A stretch of 64,000 bases of DNA from the human T2T-CHM13v2.0 reference genome, Homo sapiens. The stretch's first letter is position 1, and every line of letters begins with the position of its first letter. The stretch is taken from the NCBI RefSeq assembly GCF_009914755.1, contig NC_060926.1; one strand, written 5' to 3'. Below the pieces are notes generated by a model that had not been told where the DNA came from, made no database searches, and saw nothing but the letters and a program-made list of their open reading frames with translations. Shown here one piece after another: positions 1-13,882 of the stretch. Made by a program: the position numbers and the translations under genes.

Positions 1-906
1 TTGCCAATTACCAAAGGGTCATCAGGCAAACACCTTCTGGCCTGCCTTCCTGGTGGCCATTCCCAGTGTACATCTCAGTTTTCTCAAAGACTCTTCTTAG
101 AAACACAGGATGCTAAAAGGAGTGGAGCCTTAAAGATGCATCTAGGCATGGGATGCCATAGATGAGGAAACTAAAATCTAAAGGGAATGGGACTTGTCAT
201 CCCTGGTGCCATGCAGGGCCCAGGCTTCCTACCTTCTAACCCATACTCTTCCTGCAGAACCACGCTGACTTGCAATACTTATGCTTGGGATTTTCAAGAA
301 GCCAGGCAGAGAGAATCTCATTATGTACCTAAAGCTTCTCTGGTGCTGCAAAGCACTGTTCAAAAGCTTAGGTCTTGTTGAGCTCATGAAGCAGTATCTG
401 TGGCCTCTTCTGCACTCTCCATACTTGGCAGCCACACCAAACTTCATCAGAGAAAGATCCCCAGCCAGAGAGGGCATCTGTAGAGTGCAACTTGCTTGAT
501 TTTCAATATTGATAAAATAGGTCTGCTTGGTCATTTGGGGAAAGCACAACAGAAGGGAAGAGGAGAGAGCACCTCTGCACACCCAAGAGCAAACTACGGG
601 GTGGGGTCTGGGTGCCGGGAGTGGGATAAGAGGTCAGGGGCAGCTTAACCTGTCCTCCTGTCTGCTTTACTAATCTCCTCTGGACAGCTCTGATCTCACC
701 TTGCCATGGAGCTGTAAGTATGTTAGCGGGGAGCGCACAATGGATGTCAGAGATAGACACAAGCATTAAGGAGTCGGCTGTCAACAGGCTCAAAAGAATT
801 AGTGGGGGCCTGTGTTAGGGGCTGACTGCGATGGGTAAGGGGCAGTTTGGAAAACGGTTCTCTCCACTCGCTATCTTCCAACAGTTATCAGTTGCTTTAC
901 AAATCA

Positions 907-1486
907 TAGTCATGCCCCACATGAGGATATTTCCATCAACGATGGACCACTTATATAATGGTGGTCCCATAAGATTATAATAGAGCTGAAAAATTCTTAT
1001 TCCCTGTTCCCACCACGTCATTGTGCAATTACTTTATTTTTCTCATAAATTTAGTGTAGCCTAAGTGTACTGTGTTTATAAAGTCTATACAGTAATATCT
1101 TAGGCCTTCACATTCACTCACCCCTCACTCATTGACTCACCCAGACCAACTTTCAGTCCTGCAAACTCTATTCGTGGTAAGCGCCCTATATAAATGTACC
1201 ATTAAAAAAAAATCTTTTGTACTATATTTTACTGTACCTTTCCCATGTTCAGATATGTTTAGGTACACAAATAATTACCATAATGTTATAATTGCCTACC
1301 GTACTCAGTACAGTAACATGCTGTCCAGGCTTGTAGCCTAGGAGCAATAGGCTATACCACATAGCCTAGGTTCATAGTAGGCTACACCATCCTAGGTTTG
1401 TGTAAGTGTGATGTTTGCACAACAATGAAATCATCTAACGATGCATTTATCAGACCATATTCCTGTTGTTAAGCAACACATGACTG
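907..1486 (+). mobile_element. Tigger3 (Golem/MER7)-family non-autonomous DNA transposon, ~580 bp
   Basis: Starts (T)AGTCATGC...CAACGATGGACCACTTATATAATGGTGGTCCCATAAGATTATAA and ends GTTAAGCAACACATGACTG followed by TA; ends are inverted repeats (CAGTCATG/CATGACTG). Confidence 0.85.
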
Positions 1487-2277
1487 TAGGAGGTTCATCC
1501 TCAAAGACTGAAACTTGAGTACCTGAGCACACCATCCAGGGGGGTGGGTATCACCCAATCTAGCCTACCACTGTTGACACCTGAGCAGTCCTTCTGGTAT
1601 TTGAGGTTGAACCCCCTGAACCTGTTACTACCACCACAGCTGCCACTCATCTGCATGTGCCACCTGCAGACCTGGGGACTGGCCCATCCAGCCCATTGTA
1701 GCCATCATCAAAAACAGCAGGGATCTCTTGGGTCCCAAAGATTGTCCCACCACTGCTACTGTGATTGCCCATGCCACACCTGCTGCCCAGGGGCTCAATA
1801 ATCCACCTGCCCAGCCCACCACTGTCATTCCTGGCACCTGAGCAAGCCACCTTGAAGGCCAATAATCAGACTTCCTGGACTGGCTAACACATGCCAGCAT
1901 ATACAACCCTGGTGCCCAAGGATAGGCATGCTCAGCCTGCTGCTGCCATCAATGGGCCCTGAAGACTGGCCCACATGGTGTCTCAGTCCCCAGCAGAACT
2001 TCACCACTGCCTCCACTAACAACTGCACCCTAAGCCACTGAGGAAATCACAGATACCACTGATGCTGTTTTTAGCCAAAGAAATCATACAGAGACTACAC
2101 TACTGCACAATCCCAGAATCAAAGCCAAAGTACCATACTCAACCAACTCCACAGATACATCTTCAGGAAAATGTCCTTCCCCAAAAAATCAAATTAAAAA
2201 ATTGGAAGAAGAGACTGTTATGCTAGATGTGCAGATATCAACATAAGGACACAGGAAACATAAAAAAACAAGGAACT

Positions 2278-3145
2278 ATGACACCTCCAAAGGAACACAA
2301 GAATTCTCTAGCAACAGATAACAATCAAAAAGAAATTTATGAAATCTGAAAAGCAATACAAAAAAGTCAGAAAAGCAATTCATGATATGAATGAGAAATT
2401 TACCAAAGAGATAGATATTATAAAAAATAACCAAATAGAAATTCTGTACATAAAAAATTAATTAATTTAAATACAAAATACATTCAAGAGCTGCAACAAT
2501 AGACTAGATCAAGCAGAAGAAAGAATCTTAGAACTAGAAGATAGGTTTTTTGCAAAATCCAGTCAGATAAAAATGAGTACATAAGAATGAGCAAAGCTTA
2601 AATTTATATATGGGACACTGTAAAATGACCACATATTTGAATTTTTGGCCCAGAAGACAAAAAGAAAATGAAAGGGTAAGAAAACATATTTAATGAAACA
2701 ATACATGAAAACTTCCCAAGTTTATTTAAAAATTAGACATCTGGATACAGGAGGCACAAAGATTCTCAAATAAATACAATTCAAAAAAATCTCCTCCATG
2801 GCACATTATGGTCAAACTGTCAAGTCGAAGACAAAGTAAATTTTTACAAACAGCAAAAGAAAAGCCCCTAGCAACTTATAAAGGAACCCCCATGAGACTA
2901 ACAGCAGATATCTCAGCAGAAAACACAGGCAGCAGAGGATGGGATGATATATTAAAAGTGCTGAAAAAAAGAAAAAAACCCTGGCAACCCAGGATACTAT
3001 ACTCAGCAAAGTTATCTTTTATAAGGGAATGATAAATAATTTTTTTATTCTCTAAGCAAAAGCTGAGGAAAATCATTACCACTAGACTGACCTTACCAGA
3101 AATACTTAATTGAGTGCTACACTTGGAAGTGAAAGAACAATAACT
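2278..3145 (+). pseudogene. Disrupted L1 ORF1p
   Basis: Peptide remnant TYKGTPMRLTADISAE...WDDILKVLK...QPRILYSAKLSF (ORF 2808-3032) is L1 ORF1 C-terminal domain; many stops and frameshifts. Confidence 0.85.
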
Positions 3146-4125
3146 ACCATCATGAAGACATGAAAATATAAAAACCACTGGCACAACAAGCTCATAAACA
3201 AGTAAGAGAAAAAACTAAAATATTACCACTACAGAACACTACCAAACCACAATGATAAACAATATGAGAGAAAGAGAGAGGAACAAAAGATATACAAAAT
3301 AACCAGAAATTACTTAATAAAATGACAGAAATAAGCCCTCACATATCAGCAATAACCATGAATGTAAACTGATTAAACTTTGCACTTAAAAGATATAGAC
3401 TGATTAAATGGATTAAAAAACATGACCCAACTATATGTTATCTACAAGAAACTCATCTCACCTGTAAAGACACATATGTATTGAAAGTTAAGGGATAGAT
3501 AATGATATTCCATTCAAATGGAGACTAAAAGTGAGTAGGAGTAACTATATTTTTATCAGATAAAACAGACTTTAAGTCAAAAAGCAGTAAAAAGAGATAA
3601 AGAAGGTCATTATATAATGATAAAAGGATGAATTCAGCAAGAGGATATAACAGTTCTAAACATAGATGCACCCAACATCAGAGTGCTGAGATATGTGAAA
3701 CAAATATTATTAGATCCAAAGAGAGAGATAGACTCTAATGCAATAATAGTTGAGGACTTTACCATCCCACTTTCAGTATTAGGCAGATCATCTAGACAAA
3801 AATTCAACAAACTTCAGATTTAAACTGCACGTTAGACCAAATGGATCTAAAAGACATTTACATAACATTTCATTCAATGGCTACAGAATACATATTCTCA
3901 TCAACACACAAAACATTCTCCAGAATAGACCGTATGTTAGAATACAAAGCAAGTCTTAACAAAATTTTAAAAACTCAAAGTCATACCAAGTATCTTCTGA
4001 GACTACAATGGAATAAAACTGAAAATCAATACAAAAGGAACTTTAGAAAAAGTACAAATACATAGAAATTAAACAACATGCTTTTGAATGACCATTGGGT
4101 TACGAAGTAAACTAAGGAGGATATA

Positions 4126-5401
4126 TTAGGTGAGTGCAAAAGTAATTGCAATTTTTGCATTGTTGGAATTTGCTATTTGATATTGGAATACATTCTTAAA
4201 TAAATTTGGTTGTATTATACATCATTTTAATGGGTACTTCTTGCTTTATGTTTTTTTTGCTAGTGACTTATTACTTGCTGTTTATTTTATGTTTATTTTA
4301 AACCCTGGAAATAATGTTAGGCAAAAAGTAAATTTGAATGATTTTTTTATTCAGTTCAAAATGGGTTGTAAAGCAGTGGCGACAACTCACAACATTAACA
4401 ACACATTTTGCCCACTATCTGCTAATGAAATACAGTGCAGTAATGGTTCAAGACGTTTTTCAAAGGAGATGAGAGACTTGAAGATGAAAAGCACAGCGGC
4501 AGACACTGGAAGTTGACAATGACCAATTGAGAGCAATCGTAGAAGATAATCATCTTACAACTACACGAGAAGTTGCCAAAGAACTCAACATCAACCATTC
4601 TATGGTCATTTGGCATTTGAAGCAAATTTGAAAGGTGAGAAAGCTCCATAAATGGTTGCCTCATGAACTGACTGAAGATTTTAAAAATCTTTATTTTGAA
4701 GTGCTGTCTTCTCTTGTTCCGTACAACAACAATGAACCATTTCTTGATCGGATTGTGATGTGCGATGAAAAGTGGCTTTTATACGGTAACTGGCTATGAC
4801 CAACTCAGTGGTTAGACTGAGAAGAAGCTCCAAAACACTTCCCAAAGCCAAATTTGCACCAGAAAAAGTAATGGTCCCTGTTTGGTGGTCTGCTGCCAGT
4901 CTGATCCACTACAGCTTTCTGAATCCCAGTGAAACAATTACATCTGAGAAGTATGCTCAGCAAATCAATGAGATGCACTGAAAATTGCAATGCCTGCAGC
5001 CTGCATTGGTTAACAGAAATGGCCCAACTCTCCACAACAACACTTGACAGCACGTTGCACAACCAATGCTTCAAAAGTTGAACAAATTAGGCTACAAAGT
5101 TTTGCCTCATCTGCCATATTCCCCTGACCTCTCACCAATCAACAACCCCTTCTTCAAGCATCCTAATGACTTTTTGCAAATAAAATGCTTCCACAACCAG
5201 CAGAATGCAGAAAATGCTTCCCAAGAGTTCATCGAATCCTGAAGCATGCATTTTTATGCTACAGGAAGGAACAAACTTATTTATTGTTTGCAAAAACGTG
5301 TTGATTGTAATGGTTCCTATTTTCTTTAATAAAGATGTGTTTGAGCCTAGTTATAATGATTTAAAATTCACAGTTCGAAACTGCAATTACTTTTGCACCA
5401 A
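4126..5401 (+). mobile_element. Essentially full-length Hsmar1 mariner DNA transposon
   Basis: TA (4124-4125) then TTAGGTGAGTGCAAAAGTAATTGCAATTTTTG left TIR; right TIR AAACTGCAATTACTTTTGCACCAA ending ~5401; ~1.28 kb; transposase motifs inside. Confidence 0.96.
4305..5329 (+). pseudogene. Inactivated Hsmar1 transposase
   Basis: Start codon reads CTG, early TAA/TGA; motifs KWLPHEL (WVPHEL), IVMCDEKW, KVMVPVWWS, LHNN (LHDN), PYSPDLSPIN (YSPDL); terminal TAA 5327-5329. Confidence 0.93.
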
Positions 5402-8400
5402 TGTTGAAAACCTTTTTTGAAACAAATGAAAACCACAACATAGCATATCAAAATGTATGGGATATAGCAAAAATAATCCCAAGAGAGAATTTTATAGCAA
5501 TAAATGGCAACATAAAAAAAGTGGAAATATTTCAAGTAAATAAACCGTCAACAATGCACCGAAGGGCCTAGCAAAGCAAGAAGATACCAAACCCAAAATT
5601 AATAGAAGGAACAACAACAACAAAAAGATCAGAGCAGAACTTGAAGAAATAGAGACTATAAAACAATCTAAACGAAACCATCAACAAAACGAAAAGCTGC
5701 CTTCTTAAAAATATAAACAAAGCTGATAAACCACTTGGTAGACTAACCAAAGAGAGAAAAGACCCAAGTAAACAAAATCAGAAATAAAAATGGAGACATT
5801 GCAATGATACCACAGAAATACAAATGATGATCAGAGACTGTCACAAACAAATGCATGTGCACAACCTAGAAAACCTAAAGGAAATAGATAAAGTCCTGGA
5901 CACATACAATCTACCAAGATTGAATTGGGAAGAAATAGGAAATCTGAACAGACCAATAACAAATAATGAGATTGAATCTGTAATAAAAAGTCTCCCCCAA
6001 AAGTAAAATGCAGGACCAGATGACTTAGCTGCTAAATCCTACCAAACTTTCAAAGAAGAAATAATACGAATTGTCCTCAAACTATTCTAAAAAATGAAAG
6101 AGGACGTAATTCTCCCTTTTACTCATTCTATAAGACCACCATTGCCCTAACACCCAAACCAGACAGGAATGCAATGACAAGAAAAAAACTGCAGGCCATT
6201 ATCCCTAATGAACATAGATGCAACAATTCTCAAGAATTGAGCACACTGAATCCAACAGCACATCAAAAAATATATATATATATATACATATATATGCCAT
6301 GATCAAGTGGAATTTTCTCCAGGGTTGCAAGGATGGTTCAACATAGGGAAATAAATGTGATACATCACATCAACAGAATGAAGGACAAAAACCATATGAC
6401 CCTCTCAAAAGATGTAGAAAAAGTATTTGATAAAATTCAACATCGCTTTGTGATAAAAACCGTAAACAAATGGGGCATAGAAGGTAAATACCTCAAAACA
6501 AAAAGGCCATATATGGCAAATCCAAAGCTAACAAAACATCATACTGTATGGCCCACTTTTGTGACTCCTAGTCAACATAGTACTGGAAGTCCTAGCCAGA
6601 GCAATCAGGCAAGAGAAAGAAATAAAAGGCAAGGCATCCAAACTGGAAAAGCAATCAAATTGTACCTCTTTGTTGACGATATGATCCTATAGCTAGAAAA
6701 AAACTAAAGACTCCACCAAACAACTCTTAGGTCTGATAAATAAATTCAGTAAACTTGCAGGATACAAATCAACATACAAAAATTAGTAGCATTTCTGTAC
6801 ATTCATACTGAACTGAGAAAGGAATGCCGAGGGCAATTGCATTTCCAATAGCTACAAAAATAAAATAAAATGCCTAGGAATAAATTTAACCAAGGGTGTA
6901 AAACATCTCTACATGAAAAATAACAAAACGTGAATGAAAGAAATTGTAGAGGACATAAACAAATAAAAAGACATCCCCTGCTCATGTATCAGAAGAATTA
7001 ATATTATTAAAATGGCCATACTGCCCGAAGCAATCTACAGATTCAGTGGAATTCTTATCAAAATACCAATGTCATTTTTTACATGAAATAGAAAAAATAA
7101 TCCCAAAATAAGTATGGAATCAAAAAAGTGCTCAAATAGCCAAAGCAATTCTGAACAAGAGAGAACAAAGCTGGAGGCATCACACTATCCAAAATATACT
7201 ACAAGGCAAAACAGAATGGTATTGGTATGAAAACAGACACACAGATCAATGGACAGAATAGAGAATCTAGAAATAATTCCATGCATCTATAGCTGACTGC
7301 TTTTTGATAAAGGTGTCAAGAACATATACTGGGGTAAAGACACACTCTTCAATAATAGCTCTGGAAAAATTGAATGTCCGTATGCAGAAGAATGAGACTG
7401 GATCCCTATCTCTCACCATAAACAAAAATCAACTAAAGATGGATTAAAGACTTAGTAAGATCTGAAACTATAAAACTACTAGAAGAGAACATAGAGAAAA
7501 CAATTCAGGACAATGGTTTAGACAAAGATTTTATGACTAAGACCTTGAAAGCACAGACAATGAAAACAAAAATAGGCAAATGGAAGTCTGTTAAATTAGA
7601 AGTCTTCTTTGCAACAAAGAAAACAATCAGTAGAATGATGAAAAACTTGTTGAATGGGAGAAAATATCTGCAAATCATTCACCTAACAAGAGACTAATAT
7701 CCAGAATACCACTCAATAGTATAGAAACAAGTAATTCCATTAAAAAGTGGGCAAAGGACATTAATAGACATTTTTCAAAAGAAGACATACAAATGGCTAA
7801 CATGTATATGAAATAATTCTCAACATAATTATCAGGGAAATGCAAATCAAAACCACAATGAGATATCATCTTACTCTGGTTAGAATGGCTATTACTAATA
7901 AGAAAAAAAATTACAGATTTTGATGAGGATACAGAGAAAAGGGATCTCCTATGCACTGTTGATGGGAATATAAATTAGTACAACCATTATGGAAAACAAA
8001 ATAGAGATTTCTCAAAAACTAAAAATAGAACTACCAAATGATGCAGCAATACCACTACTGGGATTTCCAAAGGAAAATAAATCAGCATATCAAAGGGATA
8101 TCTGCACTTGCATGTTTATTGTAGGACTATTCACAATAGCAAAAATATGAATCAAACTGAATGTTCATCAATGGATGAATTACTAAAGAAAATTTGACAT
8201 ATATACACAATGAAATATTATTTGGGCATAAAAAAGAATGAAATCCTGTCATTTACAGGAACTGGAGGTTATTGTGGTAAGTGGAATAAGCCAGACATAG
8301 AAAGACAAATTTCACACGTTATCACTCACATGTGGGAGCTAGAAAACTTGATCTCATGAAGGTAGAGAATAGAATGATAAATATCAGAAGCTGCAAATGG

Positions 8401-8812
8401 TGTGTGGGTGAGCGGGGGAATGAAGAGAGGTTGGCCAATAGGCACAAACATACAGACAGATAGAAGGTATAAGTTCTAATGTTTGATAGCAGAATAGGGT
8501 GTCTATAGTTAACAACAATGCATTGTATAGTTCAAGTAGCTCTTAGAAGAGAGAACTTGATATGTTCCCAACATCTAGAAATTATAATCAATGTAATACA
8601 TACCATAATACCCTGACCTGATCATTATGCATGCATTCTATCTAACAAAATATCACATGTACCCCATAAATATTTAAAATACTATGTAGCAATAAACATT
8701 TTTTTAAATAAAAAAGATTAAATATTGTTTTAGAGATTGCACAAAAGCACAGCTTCTAGACTACAGCTCTGTGGCTTCTCAGACCACCATTCTCATTAAG
8801 ATACAGAGGGTC

Positions 8813-9243
<431 letters not shown>

Positions 9244-11877
9244 TCAGGCCAGAAGGAGGCTACAGCTGATCAAAATGTTGAAAGTTTATCAAAGCTGAAA
9301 TGTACAAGACAGTAGTGACACTGAGCTCTCCAATTATTTTTAAGAATGGGGCACCAAAATGTTCATTGGTAGCTGTTGGTGTTTGTATGGGGAGCATAAG
9401 GCTTATCAACTTGGGTTGCTCTTAGAGTGCAACTCTTGTTGAGTTTTATGTTGCAGGAACCCTTCATGTCAGTGCCTCTAGGTTTATTCTTGGACTGGTC
9501 AGCTTCCCCAAAGGAGGCTCTTCCAAACTCCTGCTAAGCTTTGTAAGTGTGGCTTCCCTTTCTGAGGCTAAGTGAGAGAAGAGAGCTGAATGGTGGTAGG
9601 GTTAGGGGTGGGGGTTCAACTTTTTCTTCTTCTCAGCTATACTTCTCTTCATATGCCAAGAGAGCCTCTGTTTTGCAATCAACAGAGAATAAGTCTTTAT
9701 TCTTCTGCCGAAGTGAAGGAAGAAATCTAGGGTTTTACAGCATCAAATATAATTTTAATTGATTCTCCTGTTTTTAACTTCACCTGTATCTCCACTTTTA
9801 GATGTATATAGAGCCACAAATTCCAGAACCTTTTGAGATTTCTTCTGTTTCTGGAAGCTTTCTCCAACACTGGCTTAGGATACAGCTTTCTGGACTCAGC
9901 CAAGCCACTAATCCACGGTCCTACTGCTCCATAGCTGTCAAAATTTTGTTGCAATTGTCCTTTTCACCGATTGTTCTTGTTCTTGTAAAAAAATCAGTTT
10001 ATTGACACATTACTGGAGTTTCTGGAAGGAGCTGAAGGTAGTGTATATGCTCAGTCTACCATCTTGAATGGAAGTGTTAGAATTATTTCTTTGTCTCTTC
10101 AGCATTGTATGAATCTCTAGTCATAACACTGATAACTCAAACCTAGAGCAAACCAAAGTAGTTTGCATAATCTTCAGAATCTCTTTTGACTTTTATTCTC
10201 CTCTTTTTCTCAGTGATCACTCTCTGTCCTGAATAATTAGTTGACTCATCAAACCATATCTAGGTTTGTGGGTCACAAAACTAGATACTCATGGATCCAG
10301 AAAAAGGAAGTGAGGACAAGCATTCCAAGTAGGAAGGTGGGGTTGACACAAACAGAGGCAGGGGCAAACATTGCATGTTTGGTGAACACAGTGATCAACG
10401 TGACAGGAATATGGGTATGTGTATCAGCCGGATGAGATGTGTCTGGATAAGGAAGTCACAGCTTGCCACACATTCTTTTCACTCTCCACCTCTCCACTTC
10501 AACAGGGCTGCCCCACTTGTAGGCTTCTAACAAGGTCAGTCTATTTTACGGTTTTGTATTTTCCTCCTCCCATTCCTTTTGCTTGGAATGCAAAGTCTCT
10601 GCTTTGTATATTTGGAAAACTCTGCTTTTTAAAGATTCAGCTCAAAAAGTATCTACTCCATGAAGAGTTTTATATACCTTGCATCTTATTCCCTTATTTG
10701 GGACACTGTCTGGTCTCTTTGCAATCTCATGGTTACCTACACAGCCTCCTATTAATGAGATAAATAATATTAGATGTTTTTCTGAAGGGCAAGGATGGTG
10801 TGTTATTCCTCTGATATTCCCAAGCACCTAGCACATGGTGGGTAGTCAGTAACTTGTGTTAACTTAGAGAATAATTTATGTTAAATGGGTTATTTGTTTG
10901 CTCATTTATTCCTTTAGTTTTTGATTCATTGAGGCATTTGATATTGATTGAGGCTGTCAATGATCAGGCCAATTTAGTAAAAACTGTTACTCAGTGGGGC
11001 AAAAGTTCTCTGAGCCCAGTGGTTAAAAAAGGTATTCTGGGGAAAGAAGACTTAGGTCATGAAGAACGAGAAAGTTGTAAACAACTCAAGGAGAGCCTAT
11101 CTTCATATTCTCCCCTTAAGAGACTCATAGTCTTAGAGAAAAATAAGATGTAAGTCCCATGACTCTGAAAATTGAGTAAAGTAAAATGTGATGTGTAGTT
11201 TAAGAGGAGTTTAAATTACTATGGGAATACAAAAAGTAGGGAGGCCCCACACGCGGGGATTTCTAGGGATTTAATGAAAGAAAGACTAAATGGGTGTTAT
11301 CTCCCTCCATCCATGTCAATCTGCAAAACATACACTCAACTTGCTCTGTATGAGGCTCTGTGCTCATTGCTAGCATGACAGACAAGAGCAAGACACTGTT
11401 TCTTCCTTAAGTTGTTGCCAGGAAATAAATACCTTTTACAAATGCTCCCAAGATGGATGTGGACATGGATGTGGACAAATTAGAACCTTTGTGCCTTGCT
11501 GGCAGGAATGTGAAATGGTGCAGCACTGTGGAAAATAGTCTAGCAGTTCCTCAAAAATTAGCATAGAATTACCACATGATTCAGAGGTCCCACTTCTACA
11601 TATATACCTCTAAAGAACTGAAAGAAGGTAGCAGAACAGATACTTTTACACCCATGTGCATAGCAGGATTATTTACAATAGACAAAAAGTGAAAATAACT
11701 CATATGTCTATCAAAATAAAAGGATTAAAAAATGTGGTATATATATGCCATGGAATATTTTTCAGCCTTAAGAAAGAACAAAATTCTGATACATGCTACA
11801 GCTTCTATCAGCCTTAAGAACATTATGCTAAATGAGTGAAGTAAGCCAAACACATAAGGGCAAACATTGCATGATAA

Positions 11878-12181
<304 letters not shown>

Positions 12182-12415
12182 GTGTATGATTCTTCTTATA
12201 AGAGATATCCAGAATAGTCAAGTTCATGTAGAAGGAAAGTAAACTAGGGCTTACCAGAAGCTGGGAGGAGGGGGTAATGAGTGTTTAATGGGTCCAGAAT
12301 GTCAATTTGGGATAAAAAAATTCTGAAGATAGATGGTTGGGATGGTTGCATAACAATATGAACGTGCTTAATGCCATTGAACTGTACACTTAAAACTGGT
12401 TAAAATGGTAAATTT

Positions 12416-12672
12416 AGGAGGGCAGATCATTTGAGCCCAGGAGTTTGAGACTAACTGGTCAACATAGTGAAACCCCATCTGCAAGAAATACAAAAATTAG
12501 CCGGGCATGGTGGCAGATGCCCATAGTCCCAGCTACTCAGAAGGGTAAGATGGGAGGATCACCTGAGTCCAGGGAGGTCGAGGCTGCAGTGAGCTGAGAT
12601 CACACCACTGCACTCCAGCCTGAGCAAGAGAGTGAGACCCTGTGTCAAAATAAATAAATAAATAAATAAATA
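12416..12672 (+). mobile_element. 5'-truncated AluJ-like element with (TAAA)n tail
   Basis: TTGAGCCCAGGAGTTTGAGAC J-type features; 15-bp TSD TAAAATGGTAAATTT (12401) / TAAAATGATAAATTT (12671), 1 mismatch. Confidence 0.92.
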
Positions 12673-13469
12673 AAATGATAAATTTTATGTTATGTATATT
12701 TTACTACAGTAAAAAAAGAAAAGGCAGAGGGGTTGCTGTAGGGAGAGTTCTAAGACCAAAAGACCAAATCTTAGTCTGAAGATGTAGTATTGTTTCTGTA
12801 GCTTTCAGGACTAAGACAGACAGGGCAGGGGCATGGGATGTGGGTTTGAGGCAAACAGTCAAACTCGAAGGAACCTTGATCTCTACCTGTGTACCAGGGC
12901 TCACTTAGCCTGTGGCCAACCCAAGGTTGTATTTCCTGGATCAGGTGGCTATGGCCTTAATGATTCTCAAAGCTTTTATAAATATCTTCATGAAACCCCT
13001 GCTGACAAAGTGAGAAATCTGGAACAATTGTGCAAAGTTTGTTTTTAATAATTGGAAAATGATATCTAAAAAGAATATATGATTTAGGCTGAAAAAGCAG
13101 AAATTTGATTCATTTTTTTCCACCAAGAAACTATGTGCAATCCTCTGTTAACACCAGAGCATCACAGGGAAATAGACTTTTGGGGAACAGATTCAACTGC
13201 CTTGAGTCCAGAGTGAGATCAACAAGACAGAAAATAGAGCAGGGTAGGAGGAGAGATCCTCCTCAGTTAGTGGTGTCTTTGTCATTTATATTCCTAGAAA
13301 GAAAGACAAATGGCTTCAGACTCTTGAGGCCATCTGGTAGTCTTTAGCATCTACTAGGGGGATCTTGTTAACATTCTGAAACTTGGGCCCCTATAGACCT
13401 CCCAACTCTTCAGTAGCAGGACCTGAGATGCTCTCAGGGTCTCTCAAATTTTACCTTTCTTTAAAATCG

Positions 13470-13613
13470 CCTATAAAACTACAGATGGCTGGACCCAACC
13501 CCAGCGTTTCTGATTCAGTGAGTCTGAGTTGTCATCTGAGAATCTGCATTCATAACAAGCTCCCAGGTGTTGCTGATACTGCTGGTCCAGGGATCACCCC
13601 TTTGAGAACCACA
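13470..13613. mobile_element. MER5A-like hAT-Charlie MITE fragment
   Basis: TTTCTGATTCAGTGAGTCTG...GAGAATCTGCATTCATAACAAGCTCCCAGGTG...TTTGAGAACCAC. Confidence 0.8.
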
Positions 13614-13882
13614 GTTTTGCATTGACAGCCCTCCTCAGACATCTCTGATAATCAGTCAGATTTTGTAAACCCTTTGAGAAACAGCCATCTGTGGGAACCA
13701 CCAATAGCTTTTGTCTTTCTTTGGATTTAGTTTTCAAAATCATACCTCTGGAGGTAGGGAAGGAAATGCAAGCTATAATAAAAGTGAGGAAATAAAATGA
13801 TCAATTCATGGGAGGTTTTCCTAGTCTGGCCCCTTTTCTAATCCGCACATTCATTGCATATGGTGTCTTCTACACCAAGGCA

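Larger units (their letters stand above)
3322..8290 (+). pseudogene. Disrupted L1 ORF2p (endonuclease, reverse transcriptase), split by Hsmar1
   Basis: ATG at 3322; EN remnants MDLKDIYITFH..EY.FSSTHKTFSRID; LENL.EIDK.LDTYNLPRLN; NVIHHINR.KDKNHM; RT motif LFVDDMIL near 6666-6689; end approximate. Confidence 0.85.
1490..8715 (+). mobile_element. Near full-length degenerate LINE-1 (L1MA3/L1MA4-like 3' end), interrupted by Hsmar1
   Basis: GC-richer 5'UTR-like ~1500-2200, ORF1 remnants, ORF2 remnants, L1MA-type 3'UTR ending ...AAAATATCACATGTACCCCATAAATA...AATAAA plus A-rich tail. Confidence 0.92.

Noticed and set aside
9590-9616. Telomere-like AGGGTTAGGG / G4
   Set aside because: Only one TTAGGG unit and three G3+ tracts
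9400-10080. Possible antisense L1ME 5' end
   Set aside because: Only the terminal CCATCTTGAATGGAAGT resembles the recalled consensus; too weak to list
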